A stretch of 63,996 nt of DNA, the filler included, from Octopus bimaculoides (Eukaryota): assembly GCF_001194135.2 (NCBI RefSeq). It is 7 parts of 6 records of this genome, joined end to end, with 100 filler letters (N's around TTAATTAATTAA, not from the genome) between each part and the next. Parts side by side here need not be neighbours in the genome. Positions count along the whole stretch, not along the records: positions 18,985 to 37,991 come from NC_068988.1; 6 more parts are not named here. One strand, written 5' to 3'. Made by a program: the position numbers and the translations under genes. Below, piece after piece: positions 25,720 to 34,964 of the stretch. The stretch's first letter is position 1; each line of letters opens with the position of its first letter. A model generated the notes under the pieces. The model did no database searches. It worked only from the letters and a program-made list of their open reading frames with translations, and was not told where the DNA came from.

Positions 25720-28700
25720 CTGAAATAGAAAATAAAATAAAAAACTGTTAGATATTATTTATTGATAAACTTGCCTATGAAACATATCACACATCATATA
25801 TGATAAGATTAAATAAGATACAATTTATCATCAAACATCAAAACACACACTCTTTTATTTAACAGTGTAGTTAAAGGAAGATATTAATTTCCCTTTCTAT
25901 TACAAATATTGTTCATAATTAATTGCTAATATAAGAAGAAGATCAGAAATTAAAGGAGAGAAGGATTGAGTCAATGACATCAACCACACAAATTAACTGC
26001 TAATTAGTTTATTCAGGACCCAACAAGTTTTCACTTGATTAATAAAATAGGAATTAGGAGTAAAAAAGAAAGACTTACCTTTCCATCTATATCAACCGCA
26101 TCATTCAACTGCCATTCACCATGCTCATGATTGAAGAATTGAGTAAACTTTTCCTTACACACCAAACATACCTGGTGAACATGAAATCAGAAGAGATTAG
26201 AGAAGATTGTTACAGCATAAAAAAANNNNNNNNNNNNNNNNNNNNNNNNNNNNNNNNNNNNNNNNNNNNNTTTGTAAATTCATATTCAATGAGTTGAAGA
26301 ATACCTTGGAACTGACTAATCTACAGAAATACCTGAAATATAATATACCAATTACTAATAGAGGAATTGGGCCAGGTATTTGTGGAGAGGAATTTACTTG
26401 TCGCACTCGTTATTCTAATGCTAGACAGGTACTGATATAGTTCTGCCAGGTGATGATGTACACACTCATGTATAACTTGGAATCACAACAACTCAAAAGA
26501 CATTGAAATTTGCTAAAATAAGCTAAAGAATTAAAGTGCAGGAGGTTAGTGTCACAAATTAACATAGACTTTTAATCCTTGGAATATGGCCATACTGGAG
26601 TACATTCATCAATGGCTGTGACCAATCATCTCCACACCAATATGGACTTCATCCTGGCACATTTTATATACAATGGCATCTCTAAAAACCTAAGTGAGAG
26701 GACACAGACATAAACACATAAATATTACAGTTCTTACTACATAAATACTTATAATATTTCACAATATTTCTATGAATTCCTACTCTATTAAATACAGGTT
26801 TCTATTTATTTATAATTAAAATATATTGTAAAATTAAAATATTTAGATTTCAAGCAACACATTTAAAAGTAAAACAACAATTTAATGTAGAACAAAATAG
26901 AAATAAAACTAGAAATGGATATACTTACATCATTGCCAGAATGATGTCTCGGTCTTTGAATATTCTTTTTCTTATTCTGTTGGTGTTTTCTTAGTTGAAG
27001 TTCAAACGGGTTTTCTGGAAAATAATAATAATAATAATCACATTGAAACACATATAATAACGCCACAAGACAAATCAAATTATTACAATAAAATTTCTTA
27101 TTGTATCTTGTAGGCAATTAATAAACAACAACAAAAATAAGAGTATATTATTGAGAAAAAATATTTATAATTCCTAGATTTACCTTCAGCATAATCTTCT
27201 TGCAGGTACCAGTTCCTGTATTTGGAAAATTCTCTGTCTTTTGCAAAAGAGTTTTCCCTGAAATGTGCATCCATGTGATCGTTATCAATGCTGGGTCTTC
27301 TTTCACCACAAATAGAACATTGCTTTCCAGAGTAAAGTTGGTGGACGAGTGACTGAGAGGCACTGAAAAAGAAAGTAATGACATTTAGTAAAGATTGAGA
27401 ATATGTTTCAGGCAAATATAGATAAATAAATATATTAATTATGATGTGGATTAAGAAAGTGATAATTAAAGAAAGACGAAATGAACTTACTTTGTGAAGA
27501 TTGTTGTATTAAAATTTGGTAAGATATTCCTCATCTTCTGTTGAGATACTGAAGTGTACATTGGTGTGAGGCTGGACCTCACTTTCAGCTCATTACCGTG
27601 TTCAAGTTTATACAGCTTCCATTTTGTTTGATCGGTGTTAACTTTCATCTTTGATTCGTCGTAATCTTTCATTGGTTCATTCTGAAATATAAAGTGAATG
27701 AAATTGTTTATTAAAGACATCATCTTCACCTATCATACATATACAAGGGATTGCGGGGAGAAGTGTTTGTTTGTTTGTGTGTGTGTGACACTATCTGCGA
27801 TCACAATTCACATTATAATTGAAATTATATTTACATTAAAATATCCAGATTATTGAATAGGCAATGTGGGGTTTATAAATTCGTTAATTAACCACATTAC
27901 CAACGTATTAAAGGACCATTTCGCCTGTATTTATCTTTGGTATGAATAACTATAAGCTAGCCATCTCTCTGTGAGCAAAAAAGAATGAAATTCCAGCTAG
28001 AAACGTAACAAACTAAGAACAATTCAAATATTTTGCTGTTCACCAAGAGATATAAAGAGTTTGTTTACTTTTATCGCTAATTTTTATACTATACATTACA
28101 ATCTAACTAACGCTTTTACAATTAATATAATACAATCACATAGATTTATAATTTGAAAACAAAAAAGAAAACATAGAAATAATATTTACTTACATGGAAC
28201 AGCTTTAACTCGCAAATCTCTCCATTCTGGTCATTTTTGAAATAATCTTCCACATAATGTACTTTTAAATTACAAGTGTTGTCCTTAATTTTGTCTACGA
28301 GAGATTTAAAGCGAATTGTCGATTTTATTTTCAACTCGTTGCCATATTTCGCTTTATATTCTTTCCATTTTACTCGATTATTCTCTGATTTCGTTTCTTT
28401 TTCTTCACTTTTGTATTCTTTATTATTCTGAAAATATATAAATAAAATCCAATAATGTATTAAAGAAACGATGAACTTGTGTCAGACTTTTGAAATCTCA
28501 GAAATATTCATATGAAAATACGATCAAATAAAAAAAAAATGGAGGAAGAACGAATAAAATATAAAAATTGTGAAATTACCTGAATATTGTTTACATCAGT
28601 TTCCATTTCAAGAGTACCATACGCATCAGGTCGGCCAACTTGTTTATTTAATTTTGATAATTTCTGTCCATCTTGTACATAATTGCCGTTAAACTCTGAA

Positions 28701-29216
28701 AATATAGAAATGTTAATTAATTGATTAACATGAAATAATTTACGTATTAAACAAAGATTAACAATAAAAATTATGTATTTAACGAATAAAATTGTTAGCA
28801 AAGTACTTACCTTGTATACTTCCAGCAGGAGCCTGTAGTACCTTGTCTTGTTGAATACCAGACGAAATTGTTTGATATGAGTCCATAGAGACTACTGGAG
28901 ATTGAACCAATGAATTTGAATTCGTGGAGGTTGATTGCGATAAAAGCCATGGTTGCTTTTTATTTTGTCGTTGATAACGGCTTCTTGTATACTGTTGCTT
29001 CAAATTCTGATGTTGAAGATATCTTCTGCTGTTGTTTCCAAAGCCAGATGTGCTACGATGCTCTTGTAAACAATATGGCTGCCAGCGGTTATTTCTGTAA
29101 CGATGGTAGTTTACCTTGTTAAAGTAGGTACCCGTGTTCGATACTTGAGACTGTGGTTGGTTTTCTTTCCCTTCTCGTCTCCAACTGTATCTGCTGTTAT
29201 TTCGGTTCATTTCCAT
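25678..29216 (-). CDS. PCF11: PCF11-like protein, C-terminal double zinc-finger module only, 8 coding exons, 448 aa: join complement(29216-28811, 28695-28580, 28427-28194, 27681-27491, 27362-27184, 27014-26929, 26171-26079, 25719-25678)
   Basis: Hand-spliced. All 7 introns are GT..AG with matching phases (1,0,0,2,1,0,0), total 1347 nt, no internal stop. The C-terminus LYSGKQCSICGERRPSIDNDHMDAHFRENSFAKDREFSKYRNWYL...VCLVCKEKFTQFFNHEHGEWQLNDAVDIDGKTYHEIC matches the PCF11 ZnF1 / Clp1-binding / ZnF2 pattern (human, recalled: LYTGIQCYSCG..DHLDWHYRQN..RRWYY..CEICQEQFEQYW..EWHLKNAIRVDGKIYHPSC). The start ATG sits in gcagccATGG with an in-frame TAA 12 nt upstream. Paralogue versus orthologue status is unresolved. 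Confidence 0.9.
26079..26171 (-). CDS. PCF11: PCF11-like exon 7: first half of zinc finger 2 (VCLVCKEKFTQFFNHEHGEWQLNDAVDIDGK)
   Basis: Acceptor tttcatgttcaccag, donor AAG|GTAAGT, 93 nt. Too short for the supplied ORF track, translated by hand. Confidence 0.92.
26571..26689 (-). other. Candidate alternative terminal exon with intronic polyadenylation signal in intron 6
   Basis: Acceptor gtgtcctctcacttag at 26690, phase-0 frame VFRDAIVYKMCQDEVHIGVEMIGHSH*, stop 26611-26609, ATTAAA at 26576-26571. Confidence 0.25.
26929..27014 (-). CDS. PCF11: PCF11-like exon 6 (ENPFELQ...HSGND), inter-finger linker
   Basis: Acceptor ttattttccag, donor GAT|GTAAGT, 86 nt, phase 1 to 0. Confidence 0.85.
27184..27362 (-). 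CDS. PCF11: PCF11-like exon 5: zinc finger 1 (C2H2) and RNWYL motif
   Basis: Acceptor ctttctttttcag, donor GAAG|GTAAAT. Encodes QLYSGKQCSICG...DHMDAHFREN...RNWYL. Confidence 0.92.
27491..27681 (-). CDS. PCF11: PCF11-like exon 4 (NEPMKD...KWKLYKLEHGNELKVRS...TIFT)
   Basis: Acceptor ctttatatttcag, donor AA|GTAAGT, 191 nt, phase 0 to 2. Confidence 0.85.
28194..28427 (-). CDS. PCF11: PCF11-like exon 3 (NNKEYK...KWKEYKAKYGNELKIKS...KLFH)
   Basis: Acceptor tatattttcag, donor CAT|GTAAGT, 234 nt open, phase 0 to 0. Confidence 0.82.
28580..28695 (-). CDS. PCF11: PCF11-like exon 2 (EFNGNYVQ...DVNNIQ)
   Basis: Acceptor tatattttcag, donor CAG|GTAATT, 116 nt, phase 1 to 0. Confidence 0.8.
28811..29216 (-). 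CDS. PCF11: PCF11-like exon 1 (MEMNRNNSRYSWRR...PAGSIQ), R/N/Q/S-rich low complexity
   Basis: Open 406 nt from a Kozak-like ATG to donor CAAG|GTAAGT, phase 1. Confidence 0.8.
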
Positions 29217-29413
29217 GGCTGCAACTTTTTAACAGAATCTAATGTATAAAAATGTTATACTGAATAAACCGAACCGAAAATGCTGCCCGTTTTATTGTCT
29301 CCAAATAAAAGCCTGCTAACTGTTCTATCTCTGGCGAAAGTGTTTCGAGCCTGGTCTGAAATGCAAAATGTTGGCTGCTTTTGTTTACCTGTGAATAAAA
29401 ATGAAAATTAAAA

Positions 29414-29493
29414 TTTGCGCGCAAACTTCTTATCCAATCAGAAGCCAGATAAATGTCACATGATCTCATCAATATTTTCAAAGCAACCACGTG
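29414..29493 (-). promoter_or_regulatory. Candidate proximal promoter of the PCF11-like gene
   Basis: Perfect palindrome TTTGCGCGCAAA (29414-29425), CCAAT box (29434-29438), TTTGAA on minus (29477-29482) and CACGTG E-box (29488-29493), clustered 200-280 nt upstream of the ATG. Confidence 0.45.
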
Positions 29494-30404
29494 ACTTACA
29501 GCAGAAACTTTTATCAATGGATTCTTACAAATTACAACAACACTCCCATNNNNNNNNNNNNNNNNNNNNNNNNNNNNNNNNNNNNNNNNNNNNNNNNNNN
29601 NNNNNNNNNNNNNNNNNNNNNNNNNNNNNNNNNNNNNNNNNNNNNNNNNGAGAGAGAGAGAGAGAGAGAGAGAGAGATACATGCATAGCTATCTATACTA
29701 TATATATATGTATATATGAATATATAAATATATATACACCCCCACACACTCACTCTCTCCCTTTCTCTCTCCTTCTATCACACGCACACACATACTCACA
29801 CGCATACATTTTGTCTGACGAAGTAAAAAAAGCTATACTGAGTGAAGTGTTGCTTTGAGAAGCAAAGACGAGACTGTGAGCGATTGTTTGGCAAAGCCGT
29901 GCTAGCAATGCAGCAACGAAACATGACTGACTCATCAGAAAGTGATATATGACCAACGAAATCGCTATCTTGCCAAAAGTGGTTTTCGGATTTTGAGCAA
30001 AGACCTCTGTGAAGCATGGTAGACTTCTTCGTGCTCTCAACGCAACAACTGGACGGTTTGTAAAAGCATATCCCGTCTCTTGGTCTGGGTTAGTCATAAA
30101 CTGTATGGCTGTGACCTTTATCTGAATGGAGAGAAAGAAAGCAAGCTGATCTGATATGTCTTTCACCTTCTGATAGGCTGGTGTCATGTTTGCGGCGACT
30201 CCGACTCTTACCTGGTGTTTATGTTTGCGCCATCATACAGGTAGATGTAGACTACAAACTGACTGAAAACGTGTGGTCAAGTGGCGCCTGCATGAGCATA
30301 AAAGCCCTAATGACATTCGAAAGTAACGGGGCTGTCCCGAAATTGTACTCAGAAGGAAAATCAGTGAAACTGATGGTGCGGCGCTCGGTTGCTACGCCTC
30401 TAGC

Positions 30405-30840
30405 TACAAGGGCCGCTGGACAAAATGCTTAGTGGTATTTCACCCGTCGCTACGTTCTAAGTTCAGATTCTGCTAGGGTCGACTTTGCCTTTCATCCTTT
30501 TGGGGTCGATAAATTAAGTGCCAGTGAAGCACTAGGGTCGATGTAATCGACCGGACCCCTCCCCTCAAATTTGAGGCCTTGTATCTCCAGTTGAAAGGAT
30601 TATTATTGTTATTATTACTATTATTATTATTAAGGCGGCGAGCTGGTAGAATCGTTAGCTCGCCATGCGAAATGCTTAGCGGTATTTCGTCTGTCTTTAC
30701 GTTCAAATTCCGCCGAGGTCGACTCTGCCTTTCATCCTTTCGGGGGTCAATAGAATAAGTACCAGTCATGTGCTGGGGTCGATGTAAGCCACTGCCCCCC
30801 TCCCCTCCAAACTTCAAGCCTTCTATCTATAGTAGAAAGG
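30405..30840 (+). mobile_element. Tandem pair of family-A SINEs, the second inserted after the (TAT)n tail of the first
   Basis: ggcggcgagctggtagaatcgttagc head, core gaggtcgactttgcctttcatcctttcggggtcgataaa, tail ttgtgcctagagtagaaagg. Second copy starts about 30633. Confidence 0.85.
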
Positions 30841-31838
30841 ATTAGTATCATTAGTGTTATTAACTTTATTGCTGATGCTGTAATTTGCCTTGAGGCGGTG
30901 GATTATCGGACTGAGTTGTTGTCGGACGCCGTCTTTTGCATTAGTCAACCACGTCTTTTACGTTTTCAGCTCGATTCACCTTTCATCTCCCGAGGATAAA
31001 GAATAAAACAAGCGCCAGTCAAGTACTGAAGTTGACATAATTAATTCTACGTCCTCTTCCAAACTGTCTGACTTTTTGTGCGTGTGCTAAAGGTCTTTAT
31101 TGAAGTATCTATGGAAATATATTACACGGTGTTTGAGTGCGAGATTCCTATCTTAAAAGGTTAATATGGATTTAAGCATAAAACGGGAGATTGTTCAGTT
31201 CTGTTATCGCAACGTTAACAGTGCTACAGGCACAATACAAGCTTCTATGCAAAACTTACGTCTTCAAAATAATCCGTCCAGTTTAAATGCGATAATTCTT
31301 TTGATTAAATATTTAGAATGAAACTAAAAGTCTTCCCTAACAGTCTTTGAAATACGCGACCTTCACTTGAAGATGAGAGGATATCTGTTGTCAAGGAATC
31401 ATTTGAAAGGCTACGGAGTGACCTGACGAGATTTGCTTTACTGGACTTTTGTTTGTTGTTGACTGTACACAATAACATAAAACAAACACAAACAAAAGAA
31501 TTTCTGTGTGAATAAATAAATAAATCAGTAGAATAACCGAAGGAAAGAATTGTGGAGACATAACACAGATCGACTCGCATTTCCAGGGTCCTGAGTTCAA
31601 TTTCTCTATGCGCCACTTTGGCAAAATCTTCTAATCTACATAGCCTCGAATCATCTAAGACTTGTGAATTAAACTGCGCATATATGCATGCATGTATACA
31701 CATATATATATAAATATATGTCTATATACAAACACGCACACGCGCGTGTATATGTATATATATATATGAAATTAATATAGAGAGTCGTGTGCAATCTGTT
31801 ACCAGAAAGAAAAACTACAATTGTCACTAAATACGACA

Positions 31839-31927
31839 GTGTAGGTGTTCTAACACCCTAGTAATACATACATACATACATACATACATAAATACATACA
31901 AACACACACACACACACACACACACAT

Positions 31928-31979
<52 letters not shown>

Positions 31980-32102
31980 AAGCATATGNNNNNNNNNNNN
32001 NNNNNNNNNNNNNGTGTAGGTGTTCTAACACCCTAGTAATACATACATACATACATACATACATAAATACATACAAACACACACACACACACACACACAC
32101 AT

Positions 32103-32154
<52 letters not shown>

Positions 32155-32163
32155 AAGCATATG
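31839..32163. other. Exact 150-bp duplication across a 25-N gap, probably an assembly artefact
   Basis: 31839-31988 reads identical to 32014-32163, including microsatellite lengths. Confidence 0.8.
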
Positions 32164-34833
32164 AACAAAATATCATTCATGGAATTTGAAAGAAATATTT
32201 TGAAACGAAGTAACAAATTTTAGAACAAACAAAGAACTCAAACACATAAATAAAAATACCAATGTTTAAGATAATACACACTGGAACAACAGAAACAATG
32301 AAGAGGTCACCACAAGGGGATTGGTATTTATCCATTTGGTCAACAAACCTCACTGTATAGCAGCTGACCGCATGTTGGGTTCAGAATCTATTGAGGAGAG
32401 TGACGTCTTGAATGAAATAGAACAAAGAAATGTGTTACCATCTTTAAAAGATGCAGAATGAATAGCAAATAAATCCAACCCCACCACACACACCTCCGTC
32501 CTCATGTTACTACCATTCCTTCCTCTACTCCCATCACTTTCCTCCCCCTGCTAGGTATATACAGAAATACCCGCAAAGCAAGATTGGCCTTCATACTGGC
32601 AAGAAGGGACAAACATCCCTCTGTGATTCATCCAATGATACAGTTTCGCCTGATGAAATGAATGAATGATGATGATCAACCGGATGGCCACGGATAATAC
32701 GGACTATTCTGTACTAATCCCAAAGATACGGACTCTGATGGTAAAGTCATGTGATTTGTGGAAACGCACTTAGCGATATATTAAATATCGATAAATTACA
32801 CCCTAGAATTATTAAAATTATATACTTATGGTGGTATTTATCCTATTGGTGTCTTTAGCCGAACTGTTAAGTCACGGGTACGTAAACACGCCAACACTGG
32901 TTGTCAAGCGGTGGTGGTGGGGAGAAAAACAAATTGCACTCACGTATACACACACACACACACACACTTATGAACTTATGTATATATGTATGCATGTATG
33001 TATGAATGTATGTATATGTATGTGTGCATATGTGTATATATACATACATACATATATACATACATACATACATACATACATACATACATACATACATACA
33101 TGCATACATACAAAGATATATATGCTGGTAGCGACACTGTATTTCGTTTTGCCGTCTGATATTGAAGTATTGCAAGTCAATGCCGTGTCCTCCTGACTTT
33201 AAATTCTATAGGAAAATCTATAAACTTCGAAATGATACATAAATGCATTCATACGTGTGTGCACACGCATTTGTCTATGTATCTATGTGCACACAGGCAT
33301 ACGCACGCACATATTGCTCATACGCCAGGGGTGAAGGAATATAAGAAGCTTCACACGACAGCTTTGCCCAAACTCTAAGACCTGCTTGGGGGTGGGTGGG
33401 TGTGTCTATATATTACAACGAACTTCATAGGTTATATTGGTGGTGGTGGTGGTGGTGGTGGTGGTGGTGATGATAGTGTATTGTGTTTGTGTTTGAAGTG
33501 CTGTTTATGTGTATGGAGGTGAAGGTCTGTTTGATGACGGTGTTGGCTTAATAAATGTAATAAGTATAAAATGTGAGACGATGAGGTGGTGGTAGCGGCG
33601 GTGGTGGTGGCGGTGGTTATATTGGAGGGAGTGGTTTGTGTGTGAGAGGGGGTGGAGCTTGGTAGAGCGGTGGGTGAAGACTGCTGAGGTGTCTCAATTA
33701 GCAGCAGATTGGTTACAAGGGACAGAGGACGTTGGGGGTGGTTTTGCAACTCTCAGGAACCAGCTTTATTGTGAAACGTCACTCTCTCATTGTCACTATC
33801 GATGATAATTTCCCCACCACCCTCATCCCCACCACCCTTATCCCCACCACCCTCAACACCACTATCCCCACCACCACCATCTTAATCACCGACACTATTA
33901 TCACCACCTTCACCACTACCACCACCATTTCTACCACCACCATTACTACCATTGCTGTTATCATCACCACTACCATTATCAAGGTCACAACCAGCCATCC
34001 ACCCACCACCCACCACCCACCACCAAACCATAACCACAACCCCTCCCCCTCCACTGCTGACGACCATAATGTCGTCAGCATCGCCAGTTTGATAACAAAT
34101 GCAATTAAACAGTTTTTAAGGCTGAATAACAAAGGAAGAAGGTGGGGGGGGGGGCAAAGAGATATCGAAGAAAAGAAGGAAGTGAAGGAGAGAAAATGAA
34201 TGAAAAAAAGGAATGATGGAAGGAAAGAAAGAAAGAAAGAAAGAGAAATCTGTCGCCAAAATGATGAGCAGCGTTTGGGGGGTGGGGGTGAATAACGGTA
34301 ATGCTAATAATAATTCGCGTGATTAACTCAAGACCACGGATCTTCACATTTAGCATCCTGAAGCCATTTTGAAAAGTTGATGGACTTCCGGTTTAAAGGG
34401 AACTGTTCCTTGATAGGGTATTGAGAAACACAGCAACTCCTTCGTCTTAGCCAAAGGGATTTTTTTCGATGAAAGTACTGTTATTTGGGAGATGCCGGAC
34501 CCCGATGATCATCTAGATGTTTACGACTTCATACGACATCTGCAGCCAAATACTCCCGAGACTATCCACGGACGGGTCAGTTCGTAATGGTCCTCAACGC
34601 CACAATCCAGTTTTTGTTTGTCTCAAGCGACTTCTTCAAGAGTTTAACTTGCTTCTCTCTCGATACAAAAATATTTTTAAAAATATCTATTCCTTCTGTA
34701 TCTGCTTTGAGAATTCCTGAATGATTTTCTTCTCAATTCATCAGTGTTTAGAAGCATTGGCATTTATATGTGTCCTAATCACTTTATCCTAGGGAACAAC
34801 TGCTAAACTCTTCGATTTCCTTCTATCCACAAA

Positions 34834-34835
<2 letters not shown>

Positions 34836-34864
<29 letters not shown>

Positions 34865-34933
34865 CTTCTTCTTCTTCTTCTTCTTCTTCTTCTTCTTTTT
34901 CTTCTTCTTCTTCTTCTTCTTCTTCTTCTTCTT

Positions 34934-34963
<30 letters not shown>
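34836..34963. repeat. (TTC)n microsatellite running into a gap
   Basis: Direct reading. Confidence 0.95.

Positions 34964-34964
<1 letters not shown>

Noticed and set aside
26207-26440. Plus-strand ORF containing GICGEEF, reminiscent of a zinc-finger start
   Set aside because: Lacks the first Cys and later ligands, is antisense within intron 6, and the true finger 2 is at 26171-26079 on minus
29750-30432. ORFs upstream of the PCF11-like gene as the missing CID exons
   Set aside because: No resemblance to recalled CID motifs (LTFNSKP, YLMDSIVKNVG, LRSTW). A minus-strand donor (ccag|gtaaga near 30210) is present but upstream frames are closed, so at most a non-coding exon
31839-32163. Biological tandem duplication
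   Set aside because: Exactly identical 150-bp copies, including microsatellite lengths, on either side of a small gap indicate overlapping contig ends
34370-34720. Possible transposase or RT remnant
   Set aside because: No diagnostic motif in any frame I translated
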